A DNA stretch of 48,710 bases from Trichoplax sp. H2 (lineage: Eukaryota), in the NCBI GenBank assembly GCA_003344405.1, contig NOWV01000322.1:1-48710 (forward strand), in the 5' to 3' direction. The notes under the pieces are model-generated. The model ran no database searches. It had not been told where the DNA came from and worked only from the letters and a program-made list of their open reading frames with translations. The translations under genes and the position numbers were made by a program. Positions 26,337-38,568 of the stretch are shown here, in pieces. How positions within the stretch are numbered: the first letter of the stretch is position 1; every line of letters begins with the position of its first letter.

Positions 26337-27714
26337 CTTTGAGGATCAATTTAGTAGCTTTAGCGTATGTTTAGGAGGATAATACTATTATTAACTTTTG
26401 TTGAATGCCGGGCCTTGGCTGCTTGTAATAGTTGCTTCCTAAATAAAATAGTTGGAAGGCTTACAAGTATGGCAGTGAAATTTTAGATTCCATTGCTTTC
26501 ATTAATTTCTTCAGTCATGAAATTAAATATGTGCATAGTTATGAATTACAATCTTGAAGAATGACTATTATATTTTGCTTCAGTAATTGGCTAGTTTATT
26601 TAGCGTCTGTTCATTTGTTGAAATCATCAACGAAGGCTTTCATAGAAACATATAGTACTGTAGAAGTCGAATGATATAAATTCGACTACATCAGTAGGTG
26701 AACCAGGAAAATATTAAAAATTTAACATGCAATAAATGAACATGTCTTGCAATTTGTGAATGCAGAAATGCACTAATACGTAGTGTTGAGTAGAAAAATG
26801 ATGTTATTTACTAAAGATCCTTACAACAAGAAATGCCAAATTACTTACTGTAGCTAAAATAGACTTCAATTACGAAAGTTATATCAATCAAAGCGCTTTT
26901 GATTGCTTCTTACGGGAATGCGAATACTTGTATTATTAGAAATTTAGATTCGTAAATTTTACATAGGATTAACTAAACTGATGAAATAGTTATAAATACT
27001 GGCCACTATACATTAGTCATGAAGACGTTATTAGAGTAATGTACAGGCAATATTGCTATAATATCTCGAAAATATTGATATACTTGTTCAATTCCAATCG
27101 AAGTTAAAATTATTCATGTTTATTGTAAAAATTATTCATACGGCATAAAAGAATAATATCGCTAACCGAAACTACTTAAACGAGATACCCGCAAAAATTA
27201 GATCCATTTCACAGAGATAGATAGATTTGCGAATAATTATCTAACCTGGTAAGCTCCGTTGAATTAGAAATCGTTTCATGTTGCATAAACTACAACAACA
27301 ACATATTAATGATCGCCTCACTTGAGGATAAACTTTACATACTACAGCAAAGCATCGACAGAACGAGGTGTTGAGTTCGATTGCATCATGCAAAAAACAT
27401 CCAATCTTAATTTAGTACAGCAATTTAATTTAGATTAATATAGATTAGTTAAAATGAATCAGAGTTTATATAAATTGTAAACTTATCGTGCAATCAACTT
27501 TAATTTTTAAATAAACATGTTCAGATAAATATCTGTATCGAATTAAAAGCGTTAATAATAAGGGGTTGTCACAAATAAAATTTGGGGGATAATAATGATA
27601 ATACGCGTAGCATACTCGCACGTTCAAAAGTTTGGACATTTAAGGGAAATGCGTAACAAAATTAAATAATCGAAATATTAAAGTAACTTCAGCTACTACT
27701 GAATATAAATAAGA

Positions 27715-30700
27715 TTACGCCTTATTATTTGTATCATCTTTATGGACGCCATTGACGGTAGTAACATCTTGGGGAATATCCAATTCCAGTCTGTTATAGC
27801 GACCATTGAAAAACAACAATAGCGGCACGCAAGCGGCACAACAGCCAAGTAATAACCAATTGGTCCATAACGAGCCTAAGGTAATAGCAAGTTTACAATC
27901 AGTTACACGTGTAATATCATAAAGATGCCTGAAGAATTAACTAGGACATCGCTACACGGTAATAACTGATTATTCCTATGAGTGTACTTACCGATATTTG
28001 GAATCAGAAACAATAGCAGGAAAAATATTCCGAAAGCATTGTTCGACATTGTTAATGCTCCTGAGGTTATCCCCTCTGGTACTGGGTAACAAACTTCCAT
28101 ATTCAGTTCATAATATAAAGGTATAGCTCCATTGACAAACAATCCACCCAAGATACTCGTTATGTAAAGGCTAGCTATAATAATAGAGAGGATGTTGACA
28201 GACCATCAATGCCCAACAGATATGCAATGTGGTTAAAAACTAAAGATATACAATCAAATTACTGTAGTCGAACACTATCGCCATTAGACTTCTTTTATCT
28301 GATAACGTCTTGCTTACCTTCAGAAAATGGTACATATTTGAAACATACTAAGGTGAACCACAAGAAAGAAACTGTTGATCCGATCATCATACAAATTAAT
28401 GATATCTTCATTTTTCCAGCAAAGATATCTGAAAAGCTAAATTAATCAAAACAAAAGTTAATGTGATAAGACGCTTTCATAGGGTATTGTGTAAAAATAG
28501 ACCTGTATTTAAAATATTATAAAATGAAAGCGAATGCTTACAATCCAAGTGTGACACCTGCTACACATCCTGCAATGTTGGCATAAAAGCCTAACCAACC
28601 GGCAAGTATCTGTACGAAATTAGTAATAAATGGTAGCGGGATAATTAGCTATTTTATACGGTTATGAAAAAACACACTAAATATTTTAAGCCTAACCTGG
28701 TCAACATTGAAAGATTGTAAATTAACATTTAAAACTGCTCCCCACGCGGCATACACCCCTATAATATGGGTTAAAATAATTCCATATAATTTGAATTTAG
28801 CACATGCAAGCAGGAATACGTAAATCACATTACTAGACTGCGATAGTCTGTTAGCTTAGTATGTAAGCATTACCAGTGCTAGCACCATAGCATATGAATA
28901 AATTCCAAAAACTCTTGTTCCTAGAAGTTGAATAATAATAATAAATATAAGCCATCAAGTTTTCAATGTAACGCAAACCAATTCTGCTATATTGTATGCA
29001 TATACATATTTGTAGATTGTTGCGAAAATTTCTTACATGCGTCGCATTTACTGGTACAGTTCAATATCTACCTGATAAGAGATTTAACTCCATCTTTGAG
29101 ATTCATACGATCCTTTGAAGCTGATACACTTGGAGGCAGTTTTGGCCGCGAAGGAAAGTAAATCAGCATGCACAAAAAGATTACTACTGAGATGATGAAT
29201 TCTATATGTTTCATATTGATACACAGAGAGGAAAAAGATAATTATATTTAGAGCATATAACTTTAGTAAGTGTCCGGATCGGTAACAGTTATTTATAAAC
29301 TTAATGGTGGTACCTATCAATAAAAAGTCCCACATTTGATCACCAACTTTTTGTCGAATTTCATCTAAGTAATGGAAGTCAATGATAGATTAATTATTAG
29401 AGAATCATCACAATATTGCCTTTATCTACAGTAAAAATATCATTAGCTGAACAGAGTTGGCTACATAGTATTTTACATAGTTCGCATATATCATAACTAT
29501 ATTTCGTTGCAGGGCAACGTGGTTCAGGTAGCAAACCGTAGATTACAATGAATTTGTAAAAATTGTTTGAGATCAGTTGATGTTTACTAACTCAAATTAC
29601 GTATTACTTTAACTGCTTCATTGAAATAAGAATTAATTTTGGCATATCGTAGAAGGGATAGACAATATCCGAAGACGTGCCAGTGACTATACAATCTCGG
29701 AAAGTAATGAAGCGAGCTACGTACCCGAATTTGTGGAGTTTAAATAGAATACAAGATTTGACTTTGGTCTGTAAGACAACAATATGAATGAAAATACATA
29801 ATTAGCCCATTCATCCCATTCCGTATAAGCCTAAAAAACACTGTATTATAGTTTATGCCAGTGACCGTATTACTGTTGATGTTCCATTTTATATAGTATG
29901 ATAAAGTAAGCTTTAGTGTTGTATCGTTGCACTACTAATAAAAGGAAAAGCTAGCACTTACACGCTACTATTGGTATCAGTAGCATTTTTGACCTCATAT
30001 ACCATATTAGGTCCAAGTACGAAAGCAGTTGCGACACCAAGGTAACTAAAAATCGTCGTTATGGCCGTTGACGTGGTTCGTTGACGAGGAGGAAACCATA
30101 AGGCAGATATGATTGGCGGTCCACCGAGTGCTATGGGACCCGCAAAGCCATTTAATATTTGAGCAATATGAATTAATCTATCAATAAAATTATAATAAAA
30201 GTTAATCCAATTATGCAGTTACTCTCTTCCTGATGCCCATATCATTGCCTGTAAGTGTGTAAAATATTGCAGGAATGACTGGACAAGTACAACTTGTCAT
30301 CCGCGATTGCTTTCTGTTGTCGTAGGTGTACTGATTGCAATTTTATATTGAATTGTTAACGAAGATTGTGTCAAGATCTTCTATTATCTATGCAGCTAAA
30401 AGGCTTTTAAGGTCGATATCTCGATAATAGAAGCATCACTGTACTTATCAAAAATGAGCCGTTATGATGCATGGATTCTGCATTGGTAGCACGCTCATCT
30501 TGTTCATAAGTGACAGTGACCTAATTGCAACGCTTTTGCATGACCGTAATCTATCCAGTAGGTTAAATAGAATATTGAGTACAGTAACGTAATATGACGT
30601 TGCCTTGTGATAGCTATTCCTAGCAAAACATAATTGGTAATAGTGCGCTGCTTCGTTATTACTTACGGGGTTGCAACTGCGGATTCTCTAGAAATGATTC

Positions 30701-32477
30701 TCAATCCAGTCCCTAAGGCGATGCAAAATGCGGCGGATACGATGGGTATTCTAGAACCTAGAATAAACATGGGTTTCGTCATGAGTATCGAACGAATAAA
30801 TACTATATCATCGAGGTACACGTATCATTATAATAATGAATCAATGACTCCTTCTGGCAAGGTTTTTACAGAATTAGGATTACCTATGGATTTGTTAGCA
30901 CAATAAGTCACTACAAGTTCAATCTATAGCATGCAGTCCGTATGTCAGACTACATTAATGTGAACCGTGGTGCTTGCAGTAAGTAGTTTACTCGAGTATG
31001 GCATTCATTCATTGAAATTCCATCATTCTACAGCAGCATGCAAGATAGTTAAGGCCATGCACTGACGGTAGGTCTAAAAATAATCCATGTCTATTTTTGA
31101 CTTTCAACATGTTTTTGCAAAGGGGCGTAATTTCCGTTTGAATGAACATATTCAGAGTCTGTCGATCTTGCTGTCTGATTTTCTGCGGATTATCGGATTA
31201 TCTGAATCAGATGTTCCGATCCATGCCATCGTCCGTCCGTCCATGCATACGCGACTGGACATTGGTAACATTTTTACACTGTACTGTACGGTACGCGACG
31301 ACGATTCATTATCTACGGTACAGTACGGTATTATCGGACGGAATCCAACTACAGTATAAGTACTGTAGATTATTAGCATCCAGTACCGTACACGTACGGA
31401 CTGTACAGTAGTCCGTCTGGGACATCCATGTTGCTGAATGTTACTATTAGTCATTGATGTTCATTCCATTGCCAATTTTGCAATCCTCCTATCGTTTTGC
31501 AAGCATTATAACGAACTTCGTTTTCTACTTTACTAGGTCAACAGTCTATCACGATTAATATCTTTTTAGAGTACAAGAAGGAAATGTATCGGTTTCTTTC
31601 TAGTAGCCCTGATATACTGTACTACAATCTGTGCAATGCAACGCAGCAACCTACAATATTGTACCGCTGTGCTGAATCATGCAGTTGGCTAACGTCGGCC
31701 ATTGAGTAACGTACATGATTACGCGTACAGAAGTTCAAGGAGTTTTTGCGATCACCAATACTGGAATTCCTTGCGAGCTATGCAGTAATCCGATTATACA
31801 ATTTGAATTTATTGATCAATGATTAGGCGTAAAAACTCGATTCATTATCATTTCCAATTGGCCAAAGGAAATCGAGGTTGGAAAAGCACGCCCTGATGAT
31901 AATGTTGCATGCAGTACTGTACTTTACTAAAGATGAAATCCAAATTCCAATTGCAAGAATTTCACAGCTACTATGCTACAGGTTATCATCTATTTGCATG
32001 GACTATAAGGTAGAGGACTCCAGCGTGATCATGTACTGTATGGCTGACTATAGTAAGGTATCGAGTGCCAATCGCTGTATAAAGTGTCCATGTTGGATCA
32101 ATGTTGATCGCTAATGCTATCATAGTGTACAATATTACAAAAGTCAAGTAGCATGTTGATACCATGCGATACAATCAACTTCACTTGATCGGTTCGTTTA
32201 TCTTGATCTTACCTACTGTATCGAATAAGTAGGACCAAAAAAACACGGTTACTACATACATAATGGTTCCCCAATTAGCCATCATGGCTACATCGCTATC
32301 AGTCCAACCATAATAATATTCAGCAGATGTTGCAACCGGACCCCATGTATTCCATACCATGCCTTGCGTAAAGCATAGAACAGAGAAAATTGCTAAAATA
32401 TACCAACGACGTCGATAGGTAGCAAACCTATCCAAATGAGGGTTCATCTTGCTGTCTTCATCATATTGGATACCCAT
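27715..32477 (-). CDS. SLC49A4: MFS transporter SLC49A4/DIRC2-like, ~478 aa, 12 exons
   Basis: Phase-consistent exons (minus): 32477-32213, 30757-30667, 30177-29962, 29768-29725, 29364-29314, 29201-29072, 28920-28874, 28758-28697, 28609-28542, 28436-28318, 28174-27992, 27875-27715 (1437 nt). Motifs YRRRWYIL..FS...QGMVWNTWGP, QILNGFAGP, WFPPRQRTTSTAI, YFPSRPKLPPSVSAS, PLYYELNMEVCYPVPEGIT, YNRLELD. Confidence 0.9.
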
Positions 32478-32930
32478 TTTGATAGAGATTGCAAGAATTC
32501 CAGTCTGTTCAACTCCACGTCAATGAAAACGATTGTGCCTTCACTCTGTGATTTCTACCGGTAACGCTACAAGCGCAAATGCCAACGTTTGTCGAAGGAG
32601 ACAGCCTACTATTATTTTGAACTTGTAGACGTCATAATTAGTTCCACAATCACCAAAGTGTTGTTATTACATATTGACATACTGTACAGTACTGTACAGT
32701 GTACAGTACATTTGCAAGAAAAGCATGCTAAGGTGTGTGGATCGGTTTCTACTGTGCACTGTACTGTAACTCTTGGTTTCTACCCTGAGGTCGTAACACG
32801 AGGGATAGTACTGTACAATTCAATGGAGCAGACTCTTTAACGATGTGAAAATACGCCTACGAGATGTGTCATTTTGTCATAAGGCATGACCTTTCACAAT
32901 ACTTCATACTGTGCTGCAGCGCGCACGCTC

Positions 32931-32987
32931 AAGGCTCATGTCATCCTGTGTAGGCTCATGCCATCCTGTGAAGGCTCATGTCATCCT
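32931..32987. repeat. Three tandem copies of a 20-bp unit (WAGGCTCATGYCATCCTGTG)
   Basis: AAGGCTCATGTCATCCTGTG TAGGCTCATGCCATCCTGTG AAGGCTCATGTCATCCT, ~450 bp upstream of the SLC49A4 ATG. Confidence 0.9.
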
Positions 32988-33969
32988 ACAGTACAGTACT
33001 GTACTGTACTGTATGTCCAGTACAATGCACAGTACCGGACTGCGCGGTACAAAGTACGGTGGCCCAAGACTTCCAGTACCGTAGTAAAATGTCCAGGCCA
33101 AAATTGATATCATGGTTCAACAACAACAAAAAATAGCGTGCCAAGGCAATTGTATTGTACCGTCGTACCTTGTCCTTGAACGTATTGTTTTTGTTGTTTT
33201 TGTGTAGTTCTGATGCAACACCGCTGGGACCTGGCTGGCTATGGCTGTCGCCATCAAGAGACCGTAGACTGAGTCAGACTGATTCTAGTAATATACAGTA
33301 CGCACTACAAGTCAGTACAAGTCAGCACAAGTGCATTGTTCATGTTGTTTACTCTGTTTAGTTTCATGCTGAAGGTAGTGTACAAAACGCAACGCCAAAT
33401 TACAAATGTGATCACATTTCATCGTCTAAATTTGTTTATCTGTGATCAATTCTATTTCATGCACAGATAAATGACTGATGTATTCAAAGTACTATCTCAT
33501 ATGTCACATTCGTCATGATGTACTGTACGGTAGAATATGAGTAGTGTACAATGTGTAAGATACAGTAAAACGTACAAATGGGCATGATCTATTCCATAGT
33601 TCAGCATAGTATCAACGTATGCTAATTTGAGCACCATGATTCAGAATCTTTTGGCTGAAATGAGTCGAACGTACACTACTGTGACTGGATTATTTCTCTC
33701 GGCTTGTATTGGTTCGTGGTATTATGCCACCATGAGACCAGTCATACCATTATTTTTACAGGTCATACGGTGATGAGGTGATGCTATTGTTTTGAAAAGA
33801 CGCCCGATTCATTATTGTACTGTACTGTATAGCAGTCATCGTGAATGCTAAAAGTATCCAAGGTTTTTACTGATCAGATATCCTGCAATGATACCAACAT
33901 GATCGTACATGATCGTTGATCATCTTTCCATCGTTTACCATGATCTGCGATACAAAGTCATTGATTGTT

Positions 33970-34235
33970 GTACAGTACATCTGCTATCAGTCGATACTGC
34001 ACGGTACTACTGTACAGTACAGTACTGTACTGTACTGTACAAGTACGTTAAAGTACTGTAGTGGTAACCACCTCTGTACAGTACAGTACAGTACTGCACA
34101 GTAGTACAGTATATTCTGCTTGTACTGTACTGCATGTACTGTACTGTAGTTCAACAACAAGGCGATTCGCTGCAGACTGTAGTCACGCTGTACTGTGCTG
34201 TACTGTATACTGTGTTGTACAGTTCAGTACTGTCA
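33970..34235. repeat. Densest (CAGTA)n/(TACTG)n degenerate pentamer array
   Basis: e.g. TACTACTGTACAGTACAGTACTGTACTGTACTGTACAAG and CTGTACAGTACAGTACAGTACTGCACAGTAGTACAGTA; alternating orientation creates many short palindromes. Gives spurious STVQY/YCTV ORFs. Confidence 0.85.
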
Positions 34236-35649
34236 ATAAGACAAGAAAATAGCGGCATAAATAAACATCATTATCATCATTAATTTTCTCCAAACAATCA
34301 CAATTCTTATCAATTTAAATCACTTCCTATTTCAAGGAAAACAATAGTAAAAGAAAAGAAATTTGACCGATAAGATAACGAATTAATCAATACTATCCTA
34401 CAGTACTGTACTGTATATACTGTATTGTATCAGTAAGGTCTCCAATGAACGATATTTCTTTTTATCTATTTTTTATTATCTTTACATCATAGTTTTGAAT
34501 GAATTACCTCTGGGAAAGTACAGAAATAATATACAGTACTATACAGTGCGGTACAATCAAAACACGTTTCGATCATGTTCGACGATACAGTACAGTATAG
34601 TACACTAAATTGATACCTTTATCTGTTCTTACATACCACAGATATCAGACAAATATTTTGGATGAGCCAATGCTACTGGTCAACAACATTATCAAGTAAA
34701 TCATTCTCATAAACATAGCCGTTTGCATCGATTTTCTCATGATGACGCAACAGCGCAGCCTCCCATGTAGTCAGGTCTATCATGTACTCTCATCATACAG
34801 TATTGCATTACAATACGATATTTCTACTGTAGTCCATCACATCCAAAATGATTCAATTCCATTGATTACTTACTACTTTCAAGTTGGACAATTATGAAAT
34901 AAATTACTTCATTGAATCGTTGGTTGGTATAGTACACCGTACGCTCAGGTACAAAATTGGATACATAGAGTTTGATATGAGTCATCGACATGAGCTTTAA
35001 ACCCTACTTTTGACTTTCAATGAGTCATGATTGTGTGGCTTTGCAAGTAAAATTGTCGTGCGATACAGTGCTTATAAAATCTGACAACCTTTCTATTTTT
35101 TAGCTATACTGTACACAACACCGAATATACCACACCGGCATGACATGAACACACCCCTCCAACACCTACAAGAGGAGGCACTAGCAATCTAGCATTGATC
35201 TGATTACAGTGCAGTGCTGTACTGTACCTGCCTGGTCAAACTGTTAGTCCGACTCATTCATACAGTACTGTACTGTACATTTACAGTACGTACTGTACAT
35301 TTACAGTACCGTAAATCGGAGGATTGGCGTAAGCAACATGCGCAGTAATCAGAAAGATACAGTCATCAATGAAACTGTTGCAATATTTCGTAGTTTTAAG
35401 AATGCTTTGAACGCCAATCTTTGGTATGAGTGTAAGTGTAAGTACGTCAATGATGAAAGAGTACAGTAAATTGAAACACTGAAGTGTAGCCTGCTCTTTT
35501 TAGATTTGATGCACAGCACTGCAATGTATGTATAGTATAGCCATACTGGACTACATTACATCAGTTTTTTGTTACTATTTAGGCATTTAGCCATACTCTA
35601 CAGTACATCTATTTTATCATCTTAATCAGGTTCTGCAGTTATCCTATCT

Positions 35650-35840
35650 CTACAGTACTGTACTGTACAGTGTACAGTACATACAGCACTGTACTGTACT
35701 GTACTGTAGAAGCTTCATACGGAATGATTAGCAAATCACAACTTGTACCGCCGATTTTGGCCTGGAAATGAATCCTACAGTACAGCACAGTACAATGTAC
35801 TGTACACTGTAATAAGACAACTTGACTGTACTGTACTGTA
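35650..35840. repeat. (CAGTA)n/(TACTG)n cluster upstream of HSPBAP1
   Basis: TACAGTACTGTACTGTACAGTGTACAGTAC...ACTGTACTGTACTGTACTGTAG...CTACAGTACAGCACAGTAC... Confidence 0.8.
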
Positions 35841-36128
35841 AATTTACTGTCGTCATCCTGGGTAGTAAAGTACGGTGCTGTTGCAGGCTCCACTGCTGGA
35901 TAACGAGGAGCTGCAAATGCAAAATATTGAGCTTGGCGAGCATGAATTACAACGCTGTATAATCTGCGATCCACTGCACCCAGACAACTACAAATTATCC
36001 CAGTATATCGTGTATTAGCGCATTGTCGAAAACTACTATCACACAACTACTATACCATACAAGTATACAAGTATGGTATAATAGCATTGCTTATATTGAT
36101 GTGAGCTGCATGCCCTAATAAATTAACA

Positions 36129-38568
36129 ATGTCTGATCAAGTCGTAAGAAAAAATAAAGCGGTTAATGTTCACTGTCCAGATCCAATTCAATCATCATCG
36201 TCGTTGCAATTGAATCAATGGATAAACAATTTAACGGAACCAATAATATTCAAGGGAATGATTGAAGAGTGGGCAAGTCGCCAGTGGACACCAAAGTATT
36301 TTGCTGATCAACTAGGTGATTTGCCTGTTAAGGTTAAAATTGGACCGAACGCAGCTACTATTTCGTCCAATAATCCAATCTTAGAAACCGATTGTTGTTA
36401 TGAAGTATGCACGATGCAAGAATATAATCAATGGTTAAACAAAGACCCGAATTGTGGCAATTTAAATCAGTACGATCCTGATTTATGTTGGTGTTATGTA
36501 GATTATCAGTACATTGCACATACCTTTCAAGCATATCCAGAAATTCCACAAAGTATTGATTGGGGTAAGTTTGGATTGAATGGACGCAAAGGTGATCAGT
36601 CGACTTTCTGGATGGGCAGCAAGGGTGCAAGTACACCTTGTCATTACGATAGTTATGGCTGTAATCTCGTTGCGCAATTATATGGTAGGAAAAAGTGGTT
36701 ATTGGTAGCTCCTGATGAATCCCAATACATGTATCCTATCAGAGTGCCGTATGAAGAATCATCCATCTTTAGCGCTGTCAACATGAAATCTCCCAACCTT
36801 GTGTCGTACCCTAAGTTTGCCAATGTGACGATCTACGAGGTATTAGCTGTGAATGCGATGTTGCATAATGAATAGTTTTGATTTGCAATCACAAAAAAGT
36901 CAACGTTGTAGTAATAATAAGTATAAACATTCACTTTTATGAGCAATGTCATAATAATTCTCATTGACTGCACCCCTTGAGACCAGTTGTGATAGTAGAA
37001 GTACAAATGCAGAATAAGATGAGGGCTGATATACTCGTACCTACATCTACCGTACGAAGAATCATCGGTCACGTTTATTCGTTCGTTCGGAGATATTACA
37101 ATAAAAATGCTATGCGGGACATAACTATGAATATGACATTTTAAGAACCAGTAGATCTAGTTAGCTAGACTAGCTATAATATGTAAACTAGTTGGAAATG
37201 TTGTTACCAGCGTTCCTATAATCTAGTCGATTTTTTATTCCATCATTCCATGAAGGAAACTATCTCATAATGAAATCACTGCTATTGCAAAACTTTCGTC
37301 TCGTGTTCCTATAAGGCGTAACTTTTATCGTCTTAAAAGCTACAGTTTATAAAGTAACATGTTTTATTTATTGAATTTGAAAGATATTGCTTAACTATCT
37401 GCAATATTAGAAATCTTATCAAAATGTTGATCTAGAATAACTGCAGATTTGAATTATCTTAGGTGATCTTAGAACCTGGCGACGTCTTATTTGTGCCCAA
37501 GCATTGGTGGCATGATGTAGAGTGCTTAGAAACAGCAATTAGTGTTAATACCTGGATCGATCTAGTGCGTTACATATTTCTACAGAAATCGCATCGTTAT
37601 ATTATTACTATTGATATGGCTATGAAATATAAGAACAATTACCATACGTATTATAAAACTGAAAATATTTTTAATTTATTTACTCGTGATCTACTAGTAT
37701 CATTATTTCAATAACTACTAACTTTTATTATTCTTAGCCTTCCGACGGTATGGATCGTCTGTGTGAAGCAGTGACAAAAACTGTTGTAAGTAATATATTC
37801 TAATGTATTAGAGTACAGTACGGTACGTTTAGATGGGCATATTTTTCTTGCTTTAATCAACCAAGATCGCCTTATTTATTTAATGTTATGGTGCTCAACT
37901 ACATGATGCTAAGATTTAATATAAATAACACAAACTTAGGTATTTGCTTTAAAATCCGCGGAAGGAAATAAAATTACGCAATGGCTGAATCCGTCAGAGG
38001 TAAGGAGTAACATAGGCATTATCAGGGAAAAAATTAATTTTCAATTGTTTTCGTAAAATAGTCAAAATTAGTAAGTTCTGTAACAACCTTGTCGTCCGTG
38101 GAAAGATGGTATAATTATTAGTATTAAATATTGAACAGTTAGTTTTGTATTAATATTTTGTATTGTACGGTATCGCATGGCACGGTTATCGACGATTTTC
38201 CATAGATATTAAGGCTGCAGCATTTGTCCTCTTTTTTCATTTTTGGAAAATGCTTATTTTTAGTGACTCTAAGGATGGTGCACTTTATTCTTATCAAAAG
38301 TATTAGTTATACCGAAATTGTCACATACACGTAATGTAATAGAAGATCAAAACTTACTTTCATTTCGTAGGTTCCAACAAGTTACCAGACAAACATTGGT
38401 TACCTTAAGAACTCATTGGAACAACTAATGCCAACATTACATACAGACTTTCCCAATTTGTATAAAGACGATTTATTAGACAGAGTCATTAATTCTTTGC
38501 TATCACCGGACCTGATCAAAGTAGCAGCAGAAAGGATTATTTCCTCGTTTACTGCTAGTAACGATTAG
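36129..38568 (+). CDS. HSPBAP1: HSPB1-associated protein 1-like JmjC (cupin-like) oxygenase, ~372 aa, 5 exons
   Basis: Exons 36129-36839, 37463-37564, 37738-37785, 37940-37999, 38371-38568 (1119 nt, all phase 0, GT-AG). Motifs STFWMGSKGASTPCHYDSYGCNLVAQLYGRKKW, YPIRVPYEESSIFSAVN, LEPGDVLFVPKHWWHDVE, SVNTWID, WLNPSE; HxD...H metal triad intact. Confidence 0.9.

Noticed and set aside
26407..26440. GCCGGGC...CTTGTAAT resembling the SRP RNA 5' end
   Set aside because: Similarity is short and the rest of the SRP structure is absent.
33916..34252. ORFs rich in STVQY/YCTV (also 12172-12544, 31087-31454, 35639-36046)
   Set aside because: Translations of the CAGTA/TACTG repeats with no protein features.
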